Assembly (NCBI GenBank): GCA_029560465.1
Contig: JAKQKX010000045.1
Span: 152,260-216,259 of the forward strand
Length of the DNA: 64,000 bases
Reading direction: 5' to 3'
Source: Candidatus Omnitrophota bacterium
Lineage (GTDB): Bacteria > Omnitrophota > Gorgyraeia > Zapsychrales > JANLHA01
The notes under the pieces are model-generated. The model did not search any database, was not told where the DNA came from, and was given only the letters and a program-made list of their open reading frames with translations. Below are positions 28,350 through 35,755 of the stretch, piece by piece (position 1 is the stretch's first letter; each line of letters opens with the position of its first letter). Made by a program: the position numbers and the translations under genes.

Positions 28350-28556
28350 CTACCTTGTTGTTTGTATTGTTGAGCCGTCGTCTCTCGCGACTTCACCAAA
28401 ATGAGTCAGTGATAAAAGTAGTAATCCCATGAATAAAAAACAAAGCAAGCCAATCACTAAAAGGGCTACAGATAATTTTTTATTCTTTTTTATAAGAAAA
28501 AATGCGCATCCCGCCGCGGCAAATACAATTCCAAGAAGGCCGATAATTATTATCAT
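28350..28556 (-). CDS. Possible small membrane protein (68 aa, 2 TM)
   Basis: Two hydrophobic helices separated by KKNKK. It lies in the island between the IS remnants. Weak. Confidence 0.25.
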   Translation of the reverse strand: MIIIIGLLGIVFAAAGCAFFLIKKNKKLSVALLVIGLLCFLFMGLLLLSLTHFGEVARDDGSTIQTTR

Positions 28557-28683
28557 ATTGTGCTTCTCCTATAACGCCGCAAAGAACAAGCCGAGCCGAG
28601 ATGCTATGCAAAAAACGAGCAAGCCCCCTCGCGGTCTTGTTAATTTGTTTGCTGGCCCTTTCCGCTTCATATGTTATCCACAT

Positions 28684-29121
28684 TCAATAAAGAATGTTAT
28701 CAAAACTGAATGGCTTCGTGCGATAGGTATCCCAAATTTTCGCCGCTTCCTCTTCTGCCCACGCTTCAAAGCCGAGTTTCTTCATCATACACAGTTGGTA
28801 CATTTTCATATTGTGTGGAAAATGTGCTTGATCAGCATAAGGCTGAAAGCGCTCGCATGGGAAATTATCACACTCGTGACAAAAATCGATGCCCTTTTCC
28901 CCGGTGCAGAGGAATATCTCACACGTCTTCTCCGGGTTCAAGAAAGGGATATTGCCTTTCTGAAGGCGGCATCCCTCGCATGTGGCTTTTTCCGGTGGGA
29001 TACCAAGGGCCGTCACCAATTTCTGTAAAATATCAGGATTCTCCTTGGCGAGATAGGCCGGACAGTGAAAACACGGCAATCCGCATGGAGATGTCATTGT
29101 TTTTGCTTTATCCTTGTCCAT
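28684..29121 (-). CDS. Cys-rich DUF3795-family protein
   Basis: The Cys pattern CGLPCFHCPAY...CEGCRLQKG...CEIFLC...FCHECDNFPC matches DUF3795. Confidence 0.55.
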   Translation of the reverse strand: MDKDKAKTMTSPCGLPCFHCPAYLAKENPDILQKLVTALGIPPEKATCEGCRLQKGNIPFLNPEKTCEIFLCTGEKGIDFCHECDNFPCERFQPYADQAHFPHNMKMYQLCMMKKLGFEAWAEEEAAKIWDTYRTKPFSFDNILY

Positions 29122-29328
29122 GGGTATTCCTTCTTTGTTAAGTGTTTAATCCGGGAATCTTAATGATATTTCAGGTCAACATTAAGCTCAGCGCCGGCTG
29201 TAAGACGCCCGTTGGATTTTCTTGTTGGGTCAAGAGGAGTTTTACAAAAACTGGATTAACAAAGAACTCGATCTACACAAAAAAATTCTTGCTTAGCTAG
29301 GGTCATTACAAATTCCTTGGACCATTTA

Positions 29329-29496
29329 TACCGCAATGCCTTCCTTGCGGCAAATCTCCGATATCGGAACATTTCCCCGAAGCCCTTCTAACACAATACG
29401 AATCTTTTCATCCGGCGTGAACTTACGGCGGGTTGCCCTGCGGATTTCTTTAACAACATCTTTCGGCTTGTTCACGGCCTCATTATGGAGCTGAAA
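29329..29496 (-). pseudogene. N-terminal HTH fragment of an IS3-family transposase OrfA, with no start codon and truncated
   Basis: Reads ...RRKFTPDEKIRIVLEGLRGNVPISEICRKEGIAV*. Compare IS3/IS407-group OrfA: F(S/T).E.KI.I(V/L)RE.EAG..V.ELCRKHGIS. It is bounded by an upstream in-frame TGA and has no ATG. Confidence 0.5.
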
Positions 29497-29608
29497 TCAG
29501 GGTTTCTCAACCCTTAAAACTCTCTCTTAATTCAAGACTCCAATCTGTCTCACTTTTGCTGACGAGGAACAGTATTGAACTTCAATAAGTAGCGAGTCCT
29601 TAAAAATT

Positions 29609-29625
29609 TTGGTGGAGGTGCGGGG
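29609..29625. repeat. Exact 17-bp direct repeat of the ssrA 3' end (TGGTGGAGGTGCGGGGA): a putative distal att site of a 1.43-kb islet
   Basis: Identical to 31039-31055, with similar upstream flanks (AAAATTTTGGTGG vs TTTAAAATGGTGG). Confidence 0.6.
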
Positions 29626-29785
29626 ATACAATTAGAGAAGCAGAAAGAGTCCGTTTATTTTCAATGGGTTACATCAAATATCGTCGATAATGATCCCCCA
29701 AATAATTTCCATACGTTATACAACTTTATACAATTTTTTCCTACGTTTTCACTTTCGATGGGCACTTATTGGGCACCAAAGATAT

Positions 29786-30193
29786 CTATTCCAAAAGATA
29801 TCTTTCTTGAATTTCACTCAAATCATTTCCTGCTTTGCCAGTTTTAGTTTGTATATGACGAACAATTGTATCAAAACGAATTTTTGCATTTAAGCGTTCT
29901 TCTAAAGTCTTACGTCTAAAATTCCTCCGTTTCTCTCTATTAAACAAATATTTTAGAGGAGTAATAAGTACGATTCCTCTATTATCAATCTTTTCGTATA
30001 AATCTATTTTGTAATTTTTCGTAAAAACAACAATTAAATATTCAATATATAATGACATTGCATTAACAACACTGGCTACCTGCTTAAATTTAAAGTATTC
30101 AACATCACTCCATCTGACAGTATGCATTGAAGTCTTAATGCAATCGGCATAAACAAATCCATCTCCAAATTTTAAACCACTACTAGATGTCAT
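29786..30193 (-). CDS. Hypothetical protein (135 aa), AT-rich islet cargo
   Basis: ORF in a ~35 % GC segment, codirectional with and 104 bp downstream of 30298..30846. No recognisable motif. Confidence 0.5.
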   Translation of the reverse strand: MTSSSGLKFGDGFVYADCIKTSMHTVRWSDVEYFKFKQVASVVNAMSLYIEYLIVVFTKNYKIDLYEKIDNRGIVLITPLKYLFNREKRRNFRRKTLEERLNAKIRFDTIVRHIQTKTGKAGNDLSEIQERYLLE

Positions 30194-30297
30194 CTGTTTT
30201 CTTTAGCCTCCAAGATATAACAATACCCAAAGATCCTCGGCAATAGTAAGGCTGTGAATTATGCCATACGAGACTTGCGACTATTTTTTAAATCATA

Positions 30298-30846
30298 CTA
30301 GTCCTTATTTTTTACTAAGTCGACAATCACCCCGCCCTTTTCCTCAAAGCAATCTATTCTAATTGGCATTAATGCACCATTTGCCACATAATCTTTAATA
30401 AAACCTGATTTCTCTTTAGGCAAACTATATGCAGAGATGAGCGGGGTCAACCCGGTCTTTTCTGAAAGAGTTTCGACATGATCCGGGGCATCCCGCCGGG
30501 AGACCCTGATAAAGTTTCCTCTCTTATCTTGAAACAAAAGATAGTCATCAGCATTTGCATGAAAAACCCCGCTATGATTACACGGTCTCAGCACTCTCTC
30601 CACAACAACCTCCGTCCCCTTTGCTATTGAGAAATCATTGTAAACCAAATCCATCTGCAAAGTTGAACCCGTTCCTGCACATACGCCAATAAAGGGAAAT
30701 TCCATCGCCTCAAGACCTAGAAGAGAAATAAACGGTTCTTTAGATTCAGCGTACAAATACCTACCACCTATACCGACTTCACGCAGAATATTTTTATAGA
30801 CCTTCTCATATTCGGGCTTTGAAGTATATTTTAATTTTCTCGTCAT
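30298..30846 (-). CDS. Hypothetical protein (~182 aa from ATG 30846), AT-rich islet cargo
   Basis: ATG at 30846 is preceded by AAGGTG-n7. The listed ORF begins at a TTG at 30870 inside the terminator hairpin. No recognisable motif. Confidence 0.5.
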   Translation of the reverse strand: MTRKLKYTSKPEYEKVYKNILREVGIGGRYLYAESKEPFISLLGLEAMEFPFIGVCAGTGSTLQMDLVYNDFSIAKGTEVVVERVLRPCNHSGVFHANADDYLLFQDKRGNFIRVSRRDAPDHVETLSEKTGLTPLISAYSLPKEKSGFIKDYVANGALMPIRIDCFEEKGGVIVDLVKNKD

Positions 30847-30861
30847 TTTTGAGCACCTTAA

Positions 30862-30895
30862 AAAAGGCAACTCCTAAAAACGGGAGTTGCCTTAA
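30862..30895 (-). terminator. Strong hairpin (11-bp perfect stem AAGGCAACTCC / GGAGTTGCCTT) followed by TTTTT on the minus strand, located between ssrA and the islet cargo genes
   Basis: Perfect inverted repeat at 30865-30875 / 30883-30893 with T-run on the minus strand. It separates ssrA from the cargo operon. Confidence 0.5.
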
Positions 30896-31038
30896 AATTA
30901 CAAAATTAATTGTTCCAATATTTCCTCATTTTTTCATTCTCTCAGCACGGGCACCTTTTGGGCACCACTACATCAAGGAAATAGCAACACTTCTGTAAGT
31001 TGCTGTCAATTTTTATATTTACAACACTAAGATTTAAA

Positions 31039-31427
31039 ATGGTGGAGGTGCGGGGAATCGAACCCCGGTCCTTCAGTTGCTTCCCATAAGCCTCTACATG
31101 CGTAGTTTGTCTTTAAGTGTCGCCTGAAACCACCCGGCAAACAGGGCTGTTTCAGGCCATCCTCCTTAAATTTCGCCGCCGCCCCGAAGGCGCTGGCCGC
31201 GGCTAGCCTGCTGAATGTCCTCTTATAAACCCACAGGCCTGGCTAATAAGAGGGCTTTACTTTTTTATTAAGCAAAGACTGGTTGGGCTTCGGCTAAAAT
31301 AGCCTCTGCCTCGGCAACAACACTGTAAGTGCCATTTGTTTTGTGCCCGGATGATTAACGAGGCCAACCTGGCGTCCTCGGCATGCCACCTATGGTCTCT
31401 CAACTTAAGTCGAGACCAATCACCCCC
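31039..31427 (-). ncRNA. ssrA: tmRNA (SsrA)
   Basis: The minus strand reads 5' GGGGGUGAUUGGUCUCGACUU... and ends ...GGACCGGGGUUCGAUUCCCCGCACCUCCACCA (tRNA-Ala-like T-arm/acceptor plus CCA). The internal reading frame ...AEAEAILAEAQPVFA ends with tandem UAA UAA. smpB is immediately upstream. Confidence 0.85.
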
Positions 31428-31521
31428 ACATAAAATTTTTCAGCTAAGCACACTCAATTATATACCCAAACGCGCCCCGCTGCAAATACCCGCCCGGCAA
31501 GCCCCCGGCCCTGCCATGAGG

Positions 31522-31989
31522 CTACCTGGCGCGTTTCACCACCCGCAACGACTGCCTTAAAGACCGCTCAATATCGCGCTTCTTCATCGATTCCCTCTTA
31601 TCATACAATTTCTTCCCGGTCCCCAACGCGAGTTCAATTTTAACTAACCCGCGATTATTCAAATAAATCTTTGTCGGCACCAGAACCTTGCCCCGCTCGG
31701 CCACCTCGGAAACGATCTTGCGGATCTCCCGCTTGTGCATAAGCAGTTTTCTCGCCCGGTCCGGGTCCTCATTCATGTAACTGGCTTCCTTATAAGGATT
31801 GATGTGCAGGTTGTATAAAAACACCTCGCCGTCTTCGATCTTCGCGAAGCTGTCCTTGAAATTCACCAGCCCCGCGCGCACAGCCTTCACTTCCCCGCCT
31901 TTAAGCTCAATCCCGCATTCCCAGTTCTGGCTTAAAAAATAATTATGATACGCTTTTTTATTCGTGGCGACCGGTTTAGACATGATCAA
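31522..31989 (-). CDS. smpB: SsrA-binding protein SmpB
   Basis: KKAYHNYFL...GIELKGGEVK...LLMHKREI...LVP...YL..RG..K.ELALGTGKK are canonical SmpB motifs. Confidence 0.9.
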   Translation of the reverse strand: MIMSKPVATNKKAYHNYFLSQNWECGIELKGGEVKAVRAGLVNFKDSFAKIEDGEVFLYNLHINPYKEASYMNEDPDRARKLLMHKREIRKIVSEVAERGKVLVPTKIYLNNRGLVKIELALGTGKKLYDKRESMKKRDIERSLRQSLRVVKRAR

Positions 31990-32942
31990 TAGGAATTCGT
32001 AATAAAATTATAAATGGTTAACACGACGGGAATCGTCAAAACGCTGATCAGGGAATCCCAGAAAATCCCCTGGTTGATGAGTTCCGAATCGACTTTATAA
32101 TAACGGATCATCATCGACAGGGACACCGCGCTGGGCACCGCGGCCTGAACCACCAGCATAAACCCGGCGACGTACGGGAGCGCCAGCGCTTTCACCGCCA
32201 CCAAAGCCAGCGCCGGAAGGAGGATGAGTTTGCCGAAAATCAAATACCGCATATCCGTCTTATCCACCGCCTGCAGATTGGTCTTGGCCAGGTTGCCGCC
32301 GGTCACGATCATGGACAACGGCAACGCGCAATCGGAAAACATCTTCACGGGCTTGATCACCGCCGGAGGCACCCAGCGGTGCCAGCCCAGCATGATCAAC
32401 AGCAGGCTGGCCACAGTGGTGACAAACGGCGGGTTCAGCAGCCGCCCCCAGTAAATGGTTTTGTCTTTATGGCTGGTCAAAAGCCACACCCCCAGGGACC
32501 AGACCGCGAAGTCAAAGCCCATGATCATCAGGAAAATCGTGACGGTCAGGGACTCCGCCCGCTGGCCATCGAACAAAGACGCCACCAGCATAAGCGGGAT
32601 ATACCCGTAATTCGCGAAAGCCATCAGCGCGGTGAAATGGCTCTGGTTCCGGCATCCCTTGTTAAACACCAAAAGCGCGCGGCTGACGGCAACGCCCGAC
32701 AGCACAATGCCGACGCTCAAAAGCGGGTACCCCCACCAATACGTGTAATCGCTAAAATGAAAATGCTGCGTCAGGTGATAAAAGATCATCTGCGGCAGAA
32801 ACACCTTCACCAGCAGATTGGACAGCATATCCAGCCCCGGATCATCCAGCAGGGATGTTTTAACCAGGGCGAACCCCACCCCGGCCATCAAAAGAATCTG
32901 GATCGTCGCGACCAGCGTCGCCTGAAATGTTTCTAGTAACAT
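31986..32942 (-). CDS. AEC-family (auxin efflux carrier-type) membrane transporter
   Basis: ~10 TM helices in a 318-aa ORF with the AEC/MDR-permease pattern (LVKVFLPQMIF ... GNLAKT ...). Confidence 0.7.
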   Translation of the reverse strand: MLLETFQATLVATIQILLMAGVGFALVKTSLLDDPGLDMLSNLLVKVFLPQMIFYHLTQHFHFSDYTYWWGYPLLSVGIVLSGVAVSRALLVFNKGCRNQSHFTALMAFANYGYIPLMLVASLFDGQRAESLTVTIFLMIMGFDFAVWSLGVWLLTSHKDKTIYWGRLLNPPFVTTVASLLLIMLGWHRWVPPAVIKPVKMFSDCALPLSMIVTGGNLAKTNLQAVDKTDMRYLIFGKLILLPALALVAVKALALPYVAGFMLVVQAAVPSAVSLSMMIRYYKVDSELINQGIFWDSLISVLTIPVVLTIYNFITNSY

Positions 32943-33036
32943 AGTAAAGGATTATAACAAGTTCGGCCGTAATGAGCAAAAGATTATTGCAGCGGGTTCC
33001 CAGGAACTCAAACGCCAAAAGGGAGAAAGCCCGGCG

Positions 33037-34485
33037 TCAGCCCGGATGCCTGCGGGGCGGCTTGTAAATATGCGTAGCCGGCCCGAAAAAAGTCTCCGCC
33101 GCTTCCATGACGGTTTCGGACAGGGTGGGATGAGGATGAATACTATCTTTCAGGTCTGCGGCGGCCGCGCCCATTTCAATCGCTAAAACCCCTTCCGCGA
33201 TCATCTCCCCCGCGCCCACACCCGCGATAGCCATCCCCAGAAGGAGGCCGGTTTTGTCATCGACAATCAGTTTGGTCAGGCCGTCTGTCCGGTTCAGCGT
33301 GACCGCCCGCCCGGAAGCGGCCCAGGGGAATTTCAGGACTCTGACTGGCAACCCCTGCTCGACGGCCTGGCTTTCGGTGATACCGCACCAGGCGATCTCA
33401 GGGTCGGTAAAAACAACGGCGGGAATCGCCTTGGGCGGCAAAGCCGCCTGCTGCCCGGCAACCGCCCCGGCCGCGGCCCGGCCTTCATGTGAAGCTTTAT
33501 GAGCCAGCATAGGGTTGCCGACGATATCGCCGATCGCGTAAATAGCCGGGTCATGCGTCTGGCCGGCGGTTTTGACAGCGATAAAGCCCCTGTCGGTCAG
33601 CTGAACCTGGGTGTGTTCCAAACCCAGGCCGGAAGCGTCCGGCTTGCGGCCGATGGCGATAAGGGCCTTGTCATAAATTTCAGAGGACGCCTGCCCCTCC
33701 CTGTCTTCAAAAAACACCTCAACCGCCTCACCCGTATCTTTTAGCCCGCTGACTCTGGTGTTCAGTTTGATGGCTTCAAATTGGGACGCCAACTTTTTCT
33801 TAAGCAGAGCGCTTAAATCCGCGTCCACTCCAGGAAGAAGCCCGGCCGTCATTTCCACCACGGACACGGCGCTTCCCAACTGGGCGTAAACAGTGCCCAG
33901 TTCAAGCCCGATATACCCGCCGCCGATCACCAAAAGTTTCTTCGGGATGCCCGGCAAAGCCAGCGCGGACGTGGAATCCAGAATCTGCGGGGATGCCGGG
34001 GCAAAAGGAAGCGTGATGGGCACGGACCCGGTCGCGATGATCGCGTGTTCAAATTCTATGGTTATTGCGGAGCCGTCCGTAGCAGCCACGGTCACGGACC
34101 GCGAATTTAAAAAGGAAGCGTGCCCCTGGATAAAACGGACCTTCCTTTGCTTGCACAACTGGCCCAGTCCGCCGGTTAATTTGGAAACAACTTTGTCTTT
34201 CCACTGCCGGATACCTTCAACATCCACGCGGGGTTCTCCAAATTCGACGCCGAACTCTTTCGCTTCTTTTGTTTCGGAAATAATACGGGCCACGTGCAGA
34301 AGGGTTTTGGACGGGATACAGCCCCGGTACAGGCAGACGCCTCCGGGATTCTTTTCAGGATCAACACAGGTGACCTCAACCCCCAGGTCAGCGGCGTGAA
34401 AGGCGGCCGCGTAGCCTCCCGGCCCGGCGCCAATAACTAGGAGTTGGGTTTTTAATAATTCCATGTCCGGCCCCGTTTTCAGCAA
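33037..34485 (-). CDS. lpdA: Dihydrolipoyl dehydrogenase
   Basis: FAD motif GAGPGGYAAA, redox-active disulfide GGVCLYRGCIPSK, NAD motif GGGYIGLE and a C-terminal HPHPTLSE interface motif. Confidence 0.88.
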   Translation of the reverse strand: MLKTGPDMELLKTQLLVIGAGPGGYAAAFHAADLGVEVTCVDPEKNPGGVCLYRGCIPSKTLLHVARIISETKEAKEFGVEFGEPRVDVEGIRQWKDKVVSKLTGGLGQLCKQRKVRFIQGHASFLNSRSVTVAATDGSAITIEFEHAIIATGSVPITLPFAPASPQILDSTSALALPGIPKKLLVIGGGYIGLELGTVYAQLGSAVSVVEMTAGLLPGVDADLSALLKKKLASQFEAIKLNTRVSGLKDTGEAVEVFFEDREGQASSEIYDKALIAIGRKPDASGLGLEHTQVQLTDRGFIAVKTAGQTHDPAIYAIGDIVGNPMLAHKASHEGRAAAGAVAGQQAALPPKAIPAVVFTDPEIAWCGITESQAVEQGLPVRVLKFPWAASGRAVTLNRTDGLTKLIVDDKTGLLLGMAIAGVGAGEMIAEGVLAIEMGAAAADLKDSIHPHPTLSETVMEAAETFFGPATHIYKPPRRHPG

Positions 34486-34518
34486 AAAGGGGCCTGGTCA
34501 GCCCCTGGATATTATTAG

Positions 34519-34601
34519 TGCCGAAGGTGGGACTCGAACCCACATGGCCGAGGGCCACACGCCCCTGAAACGTGCGCGTCTACCAATTTCGCCACTTCGG
34601 C
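34519..34601 (-). tRNA. tRNA-Leu(CAG); CCA is not encoded
   Basis: The minus strand reads GCCGAAGUGGCGAAAUUGGUAGACGCGCACGUUUCAGGGGCGUGUGGCCCUCGGCCAUGUGGGUUCGAGUCCCACCUUCGGCA. It has a long variable arm, an anticodon loop UUCAGGG giving CAG, and a GUUCGAGUC T-loop. Confidence 0.8.
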
Positions 34602-34687
34602 AAAAATTCTCTATATTAATTTAAGGCCTTTTTGCCTCGCGGCGGAACCGAGCCTCCTCTGAAATCAAAACTGCGGCTGGCTCATTT

Positions 34688-34709
34688 GCGCCACTTCGGC
34701 AAAAATTTT
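34688..34709. repeat. Direct repeat of the tRNA-Leu 5' end plus flank (GCGCCACTTCGGCAAAAATTTT), ~100 bp upstream of the tRNA
   Basis: 34690-34707 is identical to 34591-34608 (GCCACTTCGGCAAAAATT). The intervening sequence has weak tRNA-like features. It is a possible att remnant or partial tRNA duplication. Confidence 0.4.
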
Positions 34710-34750
34710 CTGCGTAAAATCCGGTGAATCGTAGCTCAAAGTATAGCGGT

Positions 34751-35752
34751 TCACGGGGATTCTGTCAATATTTTCCCTTCTGAAATATCTGTTCCCGCCC
34801 CTTCCGGTCCTAATATGGGGCCGAGGTCCCGCGCGAGCTCTTCCGAAAAACGCGTGGCCCCCTTATAATTCAGATGCTGGGAATTGAAGAACATGTCTTC
34901 CTGCCGGGTGATGCCGGCGGACGAATAATCCAGCAAGGGAAGGCCGTACTGTTGGGCGTACTGGTGATACAGGTTTTTGGCTTCCCGATAATTAACGACA
35001 AAATCATTAAACTCATAATACCCCGGCGCGTAAACCAGGATCAGCCGGATATGTTTCTCCCGGCACAGCCGGATCAAATCTTCAAAAGCCTCCTTCCCCT
35101 CAGGCGTGATCTGGTCGACAATCCCGTGTGGATACAGCTTTTTCACGGTGGCGATGTCGCTCTTTCTGTTCCATGCCATGTCCACGGGGCAATACCCGTT
35201 ATTGCACTGCGGCGGGTCTTCCTGTCCGGTCAGCCCCTGCCAGGCGTCCACCGTGAAAGCCGGGCTCAACAAGGCGAAACTGTACAAGGGAACATACCGG
35301 GCGAGGATAAAATGTTTGGAAATCCGGCTGAGCGGGCGGTAAATTTCCTCTTCATTCAAATAAGGGACAAACTGCCCCGGATTATACGCCCGGGGTTTCC
35401 TCAGCATATTGCGGCCCACCACCTGAATAATGGCCTCCGGCGCCTTGTTGTGTTTTAAATAGACTTTCAACCGGGCCACCTGGATGCTCAGCGAGTTTCC
35501 TTTCAGCGCCAGGTTAAAACATTTTTTCTTAAAATAATCTTCTAGCGTCAGGACATCCACCCCGCACTGGGCCCGGGACGCGCCGGTCACCAGGATGTCC
35601 GCGTTGATCCGGCCGTTGACAATCCGGTTCCAATCGCCGAAGTCCCCGGTTGTCCGCGCCCTGAAGCCTTCCATAAGATAGGAATGCCCGGCCATGGAGA
35701 TGGCCAGGAACAACACCGTAAACGCGGTCATTTCTTTGAGGGCGTGTCTCAT
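34751..35752 (-). CDS. Membrane-anchored partner of the MBOAT protein (DltD/AlgJ-like, putative O-acyltransferase accessory protein)
   Basis: N-terminal TM anchor plus a ~300-aa exported domain. It lies immediately downstream of and codirectional with the MBOAT gene, the genomic context typical of DltB-DltD and AlgI-AlgJ pairs. No catalytic motif confirmed. Confidence 0.4.
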   Translation of the reverse strand: MRHALKEMTAFTVLFLAISMAGHSYLMEGFRARTTGDFGDWNRIVNGRINADILVTGASRAQCGVDVLTLEDYFKKKCFNLALKGNSLSIQVARLKVYLKHNKAPEAIIQVVGRNMLRKPRAYNPGQFVPYLNEEEIYRPLSRISKHFILARYVPLYSFALLSPAFTVDAWQGLTGQEDPPQCNNGYCPVDMAWNRKSDIATVKKLYPHGIVDQITPEGKEAFEDLIRLCREKHIRLILVYAPGYYEFNDFVVNYREAKNLYHQYAQQYGLPLLDYSSAGITRQEDMFFNSQHLNYKGATRFSEELARDLGPILGPEGAGTDISEGKILTESP

Positions 35753-35755
35753 AAT

